Of a DNA stretch of 32,000 nucleotides, positions 24,219-31,902 are shown in pieces. The notes below the pieces were generated by a model. That model was not told the DNA's origin and ran no database searches. It saw only the letters and a list, made by a program, of their open reading frames with translations. Source of the DNA: Candidatus Iainarchaeum sp. (GTDB taxonomy: Archaea; Iainarchaeota; Iainarchaeia; Iainarchaeales; VGJJ01); NCBI GenBank assembly GCA_030688545.1, contig JAUYHT010000002.1, forward strand, positions 360,001 to 392,000. The letters are read 5' to 3'. Positions within the stretch are counted from its first letter, which is position 1, and each line of letters begins with the position of its first letter. A program made the translations under genes and the position numbers.

Positions 24219-24461
24219 ATGAATGTGATTTTGAGGGGAAAAACGAAACAAATCGCGGAAGCCATGGTGGAAGAAGGCTATGCCAATTCCCAATCGGAAG
24301 CCATACGGTTAGCATTGGTTGATTTTGGGCAACACCATTTCGGGGAAGTAGAGTTAGTTAATCGGAAACTAGATCGCATTGACGAGGAAATCAAATCTGG
24401 GAAACGAAAGCTGCTGAACGCGGATGAGGCATTGGGAAACTATTCCAAAAATGCCAAGTGA
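24219..24461 (+). CDS. Ribbon-helix-helix (CopG/ParD-like) small DNA-binding protein
   Basis: MNVILRGKTKQIAEAMVEEGYANSQSEAIRLALVDF fits a beta-strand plus two-helix RHH pattern. AGGTGA lies 5 nt upstream of the ATG. Confidence 0.6.
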   Translation: MNVILRGKTKQIAEAMVEEGYANSQSEAIRLALVDFGQHHFGEVELVNRKLDRIDEEIKSGKRKLLNADEALGNYSKNAK

Positions 24462-24485
24462 TGCTCCAATCCCCTCATCCCGTTT

Positions 24486-24529
24486 CTATAAGTTTACTAT
24501 AAATTACTATAACTTATAGTAACTTATAG
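24486..24529. repeat. Inverted repeat CTATAAGTT/AACTTATAG plus a tandem duplicate TAACTTATAG x2
   Basis: The arms lie at 24486-24494 and 24511-24519, with a second direct copy at 24521-24529. The cluster lies between convergent gene ends (24461 and 24531). Confidence 0.6.
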
Positions 24530-24530
24530 T

Positions 24531-25916
24531 TCATTTGGTTTCAATAATGAGAGTATAGTAGGCCCCTCGATATTTGCCGTTTTTTCTTATTTTTCCTTGC
24601 TTGATAAGCTCATTAAGATCGGCGGTTGCCGTCGGTTGTGATACCCCCGTCATTTTTCGATAGTCGGCCGTCTTAAGAATAGGGTTCTTTTGGAGGTATT
24701 GCAGGGCCTGTTTTTGTCTTTTGTTTAATCCATCCACTTCTTTTCGTGGTTTTTTGCTGGAGTGATTATAGAAAATAACTTGGAATTGATTTCCGATTTC
24801 GTAGAATTCTGGATCTGGTAAGCGGGCTTGGCGAAACTGCTTGCGGATGAGGCGAACCCCCAATCCAAGACCTTCTCCTAATTTTAGTTCATGCAAAAGC
24901 CGGTAAACAATCGGGTTACGATGAACTGGGGTTCGATCAAAATTGTTAATATTTTGTCCCGGCATGAGCCCGCCTGGATTCGTAATCTGTAATCGGTCTT
25001 CGTAAATCTCGATTAGAGCTTCTTTGGTTTCGAAATAATCACGATGGCCGATTGCGTTGGTAATGACTTCGCGAAGAGATTGCTCTGGATAATCCAATAT
25101 TTCCTCTCTCTTAGCTCCCACAAGCGTTAAGTGTTTCCCAACATTTTCTTTCACGATTCGATAGGTTTGTTCGATAAGCTCGGGAATCGTTCCCTGAACT
25201 TTTTTATCGTGAACAATAGAACTGAGATCAGATTCCATTCCCATATATTTGACAATTCGTACTTCTAAATTTGAAAAGAACCGATTGGGATCCTTGGCGA
25301 AAAACAGCAGTGCAGCATTCTTAAGAAAAAATTCCCCATTATAGTTGGCTACATTTATTCCAGCTAAGACTGGCTTTAGCTCGTCTTCCTTTTTTGGATT
25401 GATCTTTACCCCTCTAATCTTCAATAGTTTTCCAACTTTTTCCAGATCCAGACTGTCCATATTCGCCTTGCTTCGGGATTCTTCAAAGTTCATTAGCGCA
25501 CGCTTTTTGAGAAAGTCCATCAACTCTTCCCCCGCAAGCGAAAGATTGGTGGTTCCCTGCCGGACGTAACATATCTTCTTGAAAAAACAGGGATTATGGG
25601 AGAGTGGAAAAGCCTCTATTTTTAGCACGATAAACGTTTTTCCCTCATGGCGAACAAACTCTTGCTCAGGCCGAGGATCCGGACGACATTGTTCCAACGT
25701 GGCACGAATGATTTGAGACGAAACATCGGGGTTATTGACTCCAACAGGTGTTTTTTCCTTCGGATCGACGCCGATAACGATTAGCCCACCGAAAGAATTC
25801 GCAAATGCTGCAACGGTCTTCCCCAGACTAACTTCGGACGCATTGGACTTAAATTCTAATGCGGGACTTTCCCAATCTTCAATCCAACGAAGAAGGTCAC
25901 TGTACGAGTAGGACAT
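24531..25916 (-). CDS. AlbA_2 (Schlafen-like) + HATPase_c_4 + winged-helix protein (the family usually annotated as RecG-like / putative transcriptional regulator)
   Basis: N-terminal segment ESPALEFKSNAS...GKTVAAFANSFGGLIVIGVD. Central segment REVITNAIGHRDYFETKEALIEIYEDRLQITNPGGL. C-terminal wHTH LNKRQKQALQYLQKNPILKTADYRKMTGVSQPTATADLNELIKQGKI. The first ATG is at 25916; the track start at 25937 is a TTG. Confidence 0.8.
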   Translation of the reverse strand: MSYSYSDLLRWIEDWESPALEFKSNASEVSLGKTVAAFANSFGGLIVIGVDPKEKTPVGVNNPDVSSQIIRATLEQCRPDPRPEQEFVRHEGKTFIVLKIEAFPLSHNPCFFKKICYVRQGTTNLSLAGEELMDFLKKRALMNFEESRSKANMDSLDLEKVGKLLKIRGVKINPKKEDELKPVLAGINVANYNGEFFLKNAALLFFAKDPNRFFSNLEVRIVKYMGMESDLSSIVHDKKVQGTIPELIEQTYRIVKENVGKHLTLVGAKREEILDYPEQSLREVITNAIGHRDYFETKEALIEIYEDRLQITNPGGLMPGQNINNFDRTPVHRNPIVYRLLHELKLGEGLGLGVRLIRKQFRQARLPDPEFYEIGNQFQVIFYNHSSKKPRKEVDGLNKRQKQALQYLQKNPILKTADYRKMTGVSQPTATADLNELIKQGKIRKNGKYRGAYYTLIIETK

Positions 25917-26050
25917 GTAGGGAGACCATATGTTCAAAAATTAAAAGCCTATGCAAAAATTACGAGCTCATTTTATCAGATTCACGAGGCATAGCTGCGG
26001 CATGAAGCCTGTGAGTAGGGTAAATCAGAATAAACCCCCCGGCGTCCAAT

Positions 26051-26455
26051 TTACTCGAAAATAAGTATGTATAGCGATACAATAAATAAAAATAATCCGC
26101 CAAAAAAAGTGAATACTTCAAAGGGTCTATGAAATGAGTAAAGTAAAAGGGCAACGCTTAAAGAAATAATCCCAGCCAAAACAAATTCTTGATGAAGCTC
26201 TAAATCAGGAACCCCCCGAATTCTTTTCACAGCTCCGATAAATACTATCAGAATAATCTGAACAATTGAGGACAATAAAATGCTAATCAAAATGATAATT
26301 TCAGTCGAATATTGGGCAAAAAAAGTACTAATACTATAACCCGCATTCGCATATAAAATGAACAGACCTATACCAAGAATGTTCCAGATATAGAAAGGAA
26401 CCGCTTCAACTTTTTTTGAAACGGCCTCTAACACAGTTGATGCATCAGACATCAT
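26051..26455 (-). CDS. Small integral membrane protein (about 4 TM helices), function unknown
   Basis: 134 aa with four hydrophobic stretches (for example FYIWNILGIGLFILYANAGY and IIILISILLSSIVQIILIVFIGAV). It starts 4 nt after the Sm gene stop. Confidence 0.55.
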   Translation of the reverse strand: MMSDASTVLEAVSKKVEAVPFYIWNILGIGLFILYANAGYSISTFFAQYSTEIIILISILLSSIVQIILIVFIGAVKRIRGVPDLELHQEFVLAGIISLSVALLLYSFHRPFEVFTFFGGLFLFIVSLYILIFE

Positions 26456-26459
26456 TATC

Positions 26460-26690
26460 TCACGGCGAAATCAATAGAATGTTATCCCCGCGCAGGACGA
26501 CCTTTCCGTATTTTGTTTTTGGGTTTCCGTTCTCCAGGCTCTCGGCGTTCTCGAGCACAATATTCATGTGGACGTCGAAGGCTTTTAGGACACCACGGAA
26601 TTGAAGATTGCCCTTGAGCTCAACTAACACGTTTTTACCGATGCTCTCGTTCAGCAGGTCGAAGGGTCTGGATGGGGTTTGATTGGCCAT
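26460..26690 (-). CDS. Sm-like archaeal protein (SmAP/LSm)
   Basis: From ATG 26690 (GGAGG lies 8 nt upstream) the protein reads MANQTPSRPFDLLNESIGKNVLVELKGNLQFRGVLKAFDVHMNIVLENAE...VVLRGDNILLISP, which contains the Sm1 and Sm2 motifs. The track start at 26780 has no such support. Confidence 0.85.
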   Translation of the reverse strand: MANQTPSRPFDLLNESIGKNVLVELKGNLQFRGVLKAFDVHMNIVLENAESLENGNPKTKYGKVVLRGDNILLISP

Positions 26691-26797
26691 GGTACTATTC
26701 CTCCAAGAAAAGAATGGTTGATAGGAGACTGGATGACCAAAACTACTTAAATAAACACCCATGGGGGGGATTTTCACCACTATTTCAATGACTTCCT

Positions 26798-26896
26798 CCC
26801 CACCCTAAAGGGTGGGGTATCCAACAAATAGAAAACGCCACCTGCGCGCGAGATCGCTCGCCAAACAATGGGCGACGAATGGCGCCCTAAAGGGCG
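26798..26896 (-). other. Cluster of GC-rich stem-loops in the 261-nt untranslated gap upstream of the Sm gene (candidate structured leader or small RNA)
   Basis: CCCCACCC-TAAA-GGGTGGGG lies at 26798-26817. CGCCC-TAAA-GGGCG lies at 26883-26896. GCGAG-ATCG-CTCGC lies at 26848-26861. A closing pair CGCCA (26836-26840) / TGGCG (26880-26884) is also possible. Confidence 0.3.
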
Positions 26897-26915
26897 AGGA
26901 ATCCATCTTTTTCCC

Positions 26916-26938
26916 CGGGCTTTTTTCTAAAAAGCCCG
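26916..26938 (-). terminator. Hairpin CGGGC-T5/A5-GCCCG just after the minD stop
   Basis: A 10-bp stem with a 3-nt loop lies 14 nt downstream of the stop at 26952-26954. On the minus strand it is preceded by a T7 run. It has the same architecture as the CAAAC-T/A-GTTTG hairpins. Confidence 0.4.
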
Positions 26939-26951
26939 ATTGAAAAAAAGC

Positions 26952-29183
26952 CTATACTTTCATCTCTTCCACGCCACTGCCCTTCTTTCCCCCGAAGAGA
27001 CGGGAGAAGAAAGAGGCGATGGATGCCAGAATCCCTTGGCGTGGGGTAGGATGGGAGTCCCCGTGAATGGGTAAACCCGCGAGTCGGGCAGCGAGCTTCT
27101 GAACTTCAATGCATGATTTGGCCTGGGGGTTGCGGAGGATGACGGGCACCACTTTATCCTTGATGAAGGAGTGACGCATCTCCACATCATACGGGATGAC
27201 CGCGTAAACCGGGAGCTCGAGCATGCGAGAGACTTCATCTTTGGAAATTTCCCCCTTCTCGAAATGCACCATGTTGAGGACAATGCCAAGGGGCTTGCTG
27301 CCCAGGCGCTGGGCGACAATCTTGGTTTTCAAAACGTCCGCGATGGATGGGGAATCGGGAGTCGCGATGAGCAAACATTCATCCGTGGCCGCGATGGACG
27401 CCAGAACGGATTTCTCGATGCCAGCGGGGCCGTCGAGGATAACAAAATCGTATTTATGCTGGATGGACTTGATGATGGAGGAAAGCCTGTCCGCGTCGAC
27501 GCGGCGATAGTTCTCAAGAGATAATCCAGAAGGAATAAGTTTCAGGCCGGCCGGACCATCGTACAACGCATCCTGCACCCCCGCTTCCCCGAGGAGGACA
27601 TCATGCAGAGTGATGGGAGAGGACTGCATCCCCAGCAACAAGGAAAGGTTGGCCATGGCGATATCCGCGTCAACCAAACAAACGGAGACTCCGCGCTGGG
27701 CGAGCGCGATGCCCAAGTTGGCGGCGATGGAGGTATTGGAACATAGGATTCCCGTGGCATGGGCGAAATGCCCGCCATAATCCGTTATCTGGAAATCATA
27801 CACATAGGGATGATCGTAGGGAATTCGTTTTACCTCTTCCACGCGGCGAAATTCAACATTATCATTCAGCATTTGCTCCAGCCAGGACAGGAGGGGGTGC
27901 TGAACCATCAAACGACGATACACTTCCAAATACCGTCGGACAGCCCCTTTGGAAAGGGCATAATATTCCCACTCGTATTCGTACACCATCTGCTTGGTGC
28001 AACCCAATTCCTTTCCGATCTGTAGACCCGTGTACCCGGCATCCATGCGAATTTGCTTTAGGAGTTTTCCCACAGGGTACACATCAATATTCGTGTTCTC
28101 AACCGCTGGACTCTGAAGCTGATCAAGGAGGCGGAATGCTTTCCTTTTTCCCGTGAATCCAATGTAATCCGAATATCGTTGGGCATTAGCCCCTGTAATG
28201 TAAATACGCCAATAGGGTTGTTTGGAGGCCATTCTCCCATTGGTGGCCATTTTATAGGTCAATTTTATCTGGGAAGAGATTCCGAAACGCGTGCGCAAAA
28301 TCGAGGCCACCTGGAATGCCAATTTCTTCGATTTGGTATCCAGTTCGATTTCCCGTCGATTGATGTTCACCGTCCCATCCGTATCAAAAAGACCCCTTAG
28401 GAAGGCGGCAATGGATGGGTTTTGGGAATGGAATAGAGCGGTTGGCACCTCCTTCTCCCCGGCCAAGGCTATTTTTACCCCATACTTCATGAAAAGATCG
28501 CGAATGGTTTTCTTTTTGTACTGGCTGAAAACATGCAGCCCACGATCCATATTTTCATGGATTTCCCCAAAAACATCTTTGTATGCGTTCCGAATGTTAT
28601 CCGCCAAGTCTCCGGGCTCGGCACAGATGGAAATACGGTTCGCCTCCATATGCCCATCCCCGATAACGTATCCCAACCACGTAGCAATAGGGATAGGAAC
28701 ACCCTCAGCATTCTCCTGATCATAAACGCCCTTGTGCAACACCAAATAATCTTTCGCTGGGATAATCGCGTCGGCCCGGATTTTCTGCAAACGACCAGAC
28801 CGCATCACAATGAAATGGTGTTCGGGCGTGACGGAAACACTCCCTGCCGCACAGGAAACGGTGAGCAACTCCTTGGGAGCTGGCTTACGCATCAAATGAA
28901 CGGGTTTATCCTGGAAATGCACGACCTTCTGGTTCTCCTCCGAAAACAAAAAAGCGTGAAGCTGCAAATCGCCTGGCGAATCGAGGACCTCAAACACTTC
29001 TTCCAAACCATCAACAGTTTTCACGATGGCTTTCTTCACGGCTAATGGGTTCTGGGCGATGAGGGAATCGATGTACGGGCCGATTTGAATGATATCCCCA
29101 TTCGCCAATGAGATGAACTCATCCTTATGAAGGCTCTTCCCCACGCCGCCCTTCCCCGAAACAATAGTGATACTGCGACCCAT
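26952..29183 (-). CDS. minD: MinD-type P-loop ATPase interrupted by an intein (743-aa precursor; predicted spliced product 276 aa)
   Basis: The N-extein is MGRSITIVSGKGGVGK. The C-extein is TSIAANLGIALAQRGVSVCLVDADIAMANL...FVILDGPAGIEKS...FFSRLFGGKKG. Joining them restores the deviant Walker A motif GKGGVGKTS. The DGPAGIE Walker B motif and a C-terminal amphipathic helix are present. Confidence 0.9.
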   Translation of the reverse strand: MGRSITIVSGKGGVGKSLHKDEFISLANGDIIQIGPYIDSLIAQNPLAVKKAIVKTVDGLEEVFEVLDSPGDLQLHAFLFSEENQKVVHFQDKPVHLMRKPAPKELLTVSCAAGSVSVTPEHHFIVMRSGRLQKIRADAIIPAKDYLVLHKGVYDQENAEGVPIPIATWLGYVIGDGHMEANRISICAEPGDLADNIRNAYKDVFGEIHENMDRGLHVFSQYKKKTIRDLFMKYGVKIALAGEKEVPTALFHSQNPSIAAFLRGLFDTDGTVNINRREIELDTKSKKLAFQVASILRTRFGISSQIKLTYKMATNGRMASKQPYWRIYITGANAQRYSDYIGFTGKRKAFRLLDQLQSPAVENTNIDVYPVGKLLKQIRMDAGYTGLQIGKELGCTKQMVYEYEWEYYALSKGAVRRYLEVYRRLMVQHPLLSWLEQMLNDNVEFRRVEEVKRIPYDHPYVYDFQITDYGGHFAHATGILCSNTSIAANLGIALAQRGVSVCLVDADIAMANLSLLLGMQSSPITLHDVLLGEAGVQDALYDGPAGLKLIPSGLSLENYRRVDADRLSSIIKSIQHKYDFVILDGPAGIEKSVLASIAATDECLLIATPDSPSIADVLKTKIVAQRLGSKPLGIVLNMVHFEKGEISKDEVSRMLELPVYAVIPYDVEMRHSFIKDKVVPVILRNPQAKSCIEVQKLAARLAGLPIHGDSHPTPRQGILASIASFFSRLFGGKKGSGVEEMKV
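27735..29135 (-). mobile_element. Intein with LAGLIDADG homing endonuclease (467 aa) inserted in the MinD Walker A loop
   Basis: Block A is SLHKDEFISLANGD (Ser1). Block B is VTPEHHF. The LAGLIDADG motifs are WLGYVIGDGH and FLRGLFDTDGTV. An HTH-like segment LQIGKELGCTKQMVYEYE is present. Blocks F/G read VYDFQITDYGGHFAHATGILCSN followed by Thr at +1. Confidence 0.85.
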
Positions 29184-29290
29184 GGATGCTCACTCAATAG
29201 GATGTAGAAAGGGTTTAGGCATTTAAAGGAACGCGTGGGTCCCCGCTAAAATAAGAACGCAGGGGTGGATTGGGGAAATAAAAGCCCTCG

Positions 29291-30274
29291 CTAATAGAAA
29301 GGCCTTTTGGCAAATAACCCTTTTTCTTTGATGAATTTGGACAGGGACATAGCCCTTGCCTGCCGCTCGAGAGCAAACAAGTCATCCGCTGCTTCGAATG
29401 GATCTTTCTTCTGGGTTTTGGGATTTAGCATACCACAAACTAGAACGGCCAGCATTTTTTCAGGTGTGAGGTGAAGGGGATATCGGTATACTGTTTCACC
29501 AAGGGTGCCGCTGTAATAGGATATTCGATGGATGCATTTGTTTATCTGTCCCCGCAAATCGGGCGAAGTGGTGCGACGGGTGTAGAGGTATAACAATTGG
29601 CGCGCCGATTCGGGGGTGCCAATCTTTCCTAAAGTGTGAAGAACTTGGAAACGAGAACGTGGGAAAAGATGAAGACACCGGAACAAGGTGGCACGCGTTG
29701 TTTCATCGGAGAATCGTTCCAGTCGCTCAATCGCCAATTCCCTATTCGCCAGAGTGGGGTCGTGCAGTGACACGAACCGGAGCAGATCGCGGGTGAGGGG
29801 ATGATCTATCATGCTGACGCGCATGAGCGCCCGATACCGGATGGAATGAATAGGATCTCGGAGGGCCGCATAGGCTAAATATGGAAACGATTTGCTTGGA
29901 TGAGGCACTCCTTTCAAGAATAGCCAGCTCCCGAAAAGGTCCGTTGATCGTGGGGCACTTTCCATTTCCTCCCGACCCATCTCAACAATTGCCTCTATGC
30001 GGAGACCACGTTTTTCTTGGGAATCCAGACTGCGCACAAATTGTTCGATAAAACGAAGATCTCTCCCGGGAGGGAGCTGGGCCTTGCCAGCATAGGCCGG
30101 GACATTCATGAACATCCGCCGCCAGAGCCGGTCGTACCACTGTATCAACAACCGACGGCGCTCAGGAGGAGTGGAATCCGGTAATCTGGATTTGAGAGCT
30201 CGAGCACGGGAACGCAATGTTTTCCGCCCGCGTGGATGAGAAGCCGGCATGGAGAGAAGATCGGCTCCTCCCAT
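29291..30274 (-). CDS. HEAT-like repeat protein with a basic N-terminus
   Basis: ALRDPIHSIRYRALMRVSMIDHPLTRDLLRFVSLHDPTLANRELAIERLERF resembles HEAT_2/PBS-lyase-type repeats. The ATG is at 30274. The track start at 30289 is a TTG that overlaps the upstream stop. Confidence 0.55.
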   Translation of the reverse strand: MGGADLLSMPASHPRGRKTLRSRARALKSRLPDSTPPERRRLLIQWYDRLWRRMFMNVPAYAGKAQLPPGRDLRFIEQFVRSLDSQEKRGLRIEAIVEMGREEMESAPRSTDLFGSWLFLKGVPHPSKSFPYLAYAALRDPIHSIRYRALMRVSMIDHPLTRDLLRFVSLHDPTLANRELAIERLERFSDETTRATLFRCLHLFPRSRFQVLHTLGKIGTPESARQLLYLYTRRTTSPDLRGQINKCIHRISYYSGTLGETVYRYPLHLTPEKMLAVLVCGMLNPKTQKKDPFEAADDLFALERQARAMSLSKFIKEKGLFAKRPFY

Positions 30275-30285
30275 AAAAGGATTGC

Positions 30286-30747
30286 TCAATCCCCATGCGC
30301 CTTGAGAAAGGATTCGATTTCCCTGGCGAGGACCCTGAGCTCGACGGTGGTCAGATCGGAGGTGGCGCGGACGATGTAGACCTTTTCCTGGTGGGGGAAA
30401 ACCATGAACCAGCGGTCTTTCTCTTTCACGAGGATGGTTTCAGATTCGGGGAGCTCGGATTTGACATAGTTGAACATGGATGAACCGATGATGGCCTCTG
30501 AGAAATCATTTTCATCCGTGGAGATGACGATGCTCCCATTGGGAGAACAGATGCAAATGGAATCCACCAAATGTTTTTTCTTCATGGACTGCATGAGTTC
30601 CTGGAGGGAGGAGGTATTCAATTCATAGCGGTGGCGGGAAAGAAAATTCTTGAGGAGATGCATCTGGTCACGCGGTACTTTGTGGTCATCCACATCCAAA
30701 ACCTTGCGGGTGATGTTGTCCAACAATCCCCTCATTTTGCCAAACAT
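30286..30747 (-). CDS. Roadblock/LC7-like (MglB-like) domain protein, tentative
   Basis: In this 153-aa protein the C-terminal 95 aa (VDSICICSPNGSIVISTDENDFSEAIIGSSMF...WFMVFPHQEKVYIVRATSDLTTVELRVLAREIESFL) follow the alpha-beta-alpha Roadblock pattern by eye. Confidence 0.5.
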   Translation of the reverse strand: MFGKMRGLLDNITRKVLDVDDHKVPRDQMHLLKNFLSRHRYELNTSSLQELMQSMKKKHLVDSICICSPNGSIVISTDENDFSEAIIGSSMFNYVKSELPESETILVKEKDRWFMVFPHQEKVYIVRATSDLTTVELRVLAREIESFLKAHGD

Positions 30748-30779
30748 ACAGGAAGAGGGACCGCTATCAATACAAAAAC

Positions 30780-31274
30780 CTATCTTCCTATACCCGCCAG
30801 CCCGAATTTCTTGAAAAGAGACTCCTTGGACTGGGATTCCTCGGGGCGGGTCCCCTGGAGCACGGTTCGGATGAGCTGAGGGTCAAATGGCTTGATGAAA
30901 GGAGAAAACTGGCCCTTGGATAAGGGTTTGGATAACGCGAGCTTGCCATTGAAAGCCATGACTAAGTCAACCTGCTGCAAGGATAAGGAAACGATGTCGA
31001 TGACGGTGTGTTCGGCGGCCATGGCGTTGAAGACATGAGGAAGGGATTCTGACCCATAAAGAATTTTGGAGACACCATGGTATTCAAACACCCCCCCCAT
31101 GCCCTGGCCGACGCGGAAGAGGAGGGCTCCTTCGTCTACGCCTATTTCGGATAGGGTGGAGAGGATAAGGTAGCCGGAAAAGGTGTCACGTGCCAGGATA
31201 TCCAACTCCTTTTTGGCATCGAACTGGCGGGATGACTGGCCCTGGGCCTTGAAAACACCCGTGGGGAGGTTCAT
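30780..31274 (-). CDS. Hypothetical protein with a PATAN/DUF4388-like pattern, tentative
   Basis: 164 aa. FSGYLILSTLSEIGVDEGALLFRVGQGMGGVFEYHG...YGSESLPHVFNAM...VIDIVSL resembles the sGyL...eG.l.F..G.i...y...G..AL pattern. It is the first gene of the co-directional cluster. Confidence 0.45.
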   Translation of the reverse strand: MNLPTGVFKAQGQSSRQFDAKKELDILARDTFSGYLILSTLSEIGVDEGALLFRVGQGMGGVFEYHGVSKILYGSESLPHVFNAMAAEHTVIDIVSLSLQQVDLVMAFNGKLALSKPLSKGQFSPFIKPFDPQLIRTVLQGTRPEESQSKESLFKKFGLAGIGR

Positions 31275-31391
31275 GGAAGCAAAATGGGTGGGGAGTTATT
31301 AAGGGTGGGGGAATGGTGCCATGTCGTGGGAGCGGCGGTACCATCGCGCTTTAAAAAAAGACCCTCATCGTGATTGGGAAGAGGAAAGGAA

Positions 31392-31796
31392 ATGAGCGAA
31401 ATCAAATTCACCCCTGTTGGTCAACTCCGGGAAGGGGGCTACGTGCTGATCGACGGGAACGTGTGCCAGATTAAGTCCATGGAGAAGAGCAAGCCGGGAA
31501 AGCACGGATCGGCGAAAGCGCGGATATCCGCGATGGGATTATTCGACAACCAGAAAAGGAATCTCATGGCCCCCGTGCATGCGGATGCGGAAGTGCCAAT
31601 AGTTGAGCGTGGAAATGCCCAGGTTATTGCGGTGGTGGGAGGACAATTGCAGATCATGGATATGGAATCGTATGAGATGACCAATGTTCCCAAATCCACT
31701 GAACTGAAAGACCTCAAAGCCGGGGATGAAGTGGAATACTTGAAATACGACAAGAACTTCAAGATCCTTCGCAAGCGGGGCGAGACGCAAGGATAA
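31392..31796 (+). CDS. eif5a: Translation initiation factor 5A (aIF5A)
   Basis: The hypusination loop SKPGKHGSAKARI is present. The protein starts MSEIKFTPVGQLREGGYVLIDG. GAGGAAAGG lies upstream of ATG 31392. The track start at 31374 is a TTG. Confidence 0.9.
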   Translation: MSEIKFTPVGQLREGGYVLIDGNVCQIKSMEKSKPGKHGSAKARISAMGLFDNQKRNLMAPVHADAEVPIVERGNAQVIAVVGGQLQIMDMESYEMTNVPKSTELKDLKAGDEVEYLKYDKNFKILRKRGETQG

Positions 31797-31870
31797 AGAA
31801 AACATCCGCCCGAAAAAAATTCTATCTTTTCTCCAAGGGATTGGCCAGGAGCCCTCCAGAAGCCTTGAAC

Positions 31871-31880
31871 CTATATAAAG
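31871..31880 (+). promoter_or_regulatory. TATA box CTATATAAAG about 28 nt upstream of ATG 31903 (leaderless geometry)
   Basis: This is a canonical archaeal TATA-like octamer. There is no Shine-Dalgarno motif between it and the ATG. Confidence 0.4.
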
Positions 31881-31902
31881 AGGCAGTCCTTTCTCGGGGA
31901 GT

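Noticed and set aside
23309-26460. Bona fide integrated provirus or integrative element with att sites
   Set aside because: No integrase or recombinase gene is present, and I could not find a direct repeat of the tRNA-Ala 3' half at the far border. It is therefore reported only as a compositional island.
26691-26780. 30-aa N-terminal extension of the Sm ORF
   Set aside because: ATG 26690 has a GGAGG 8 nt upstream and yields a protein of canonical Sm length. The extension has no support and overlaps the stem-loop region.
28533-29045. 170-aa plus-strand ORF, together with the other ORFs listed within 26960-28723
   Set aside because: They are antisense or out of frame within the minD-intein ORF, which has unambiguous MinD, Hint and LAGLIDADG motifs.
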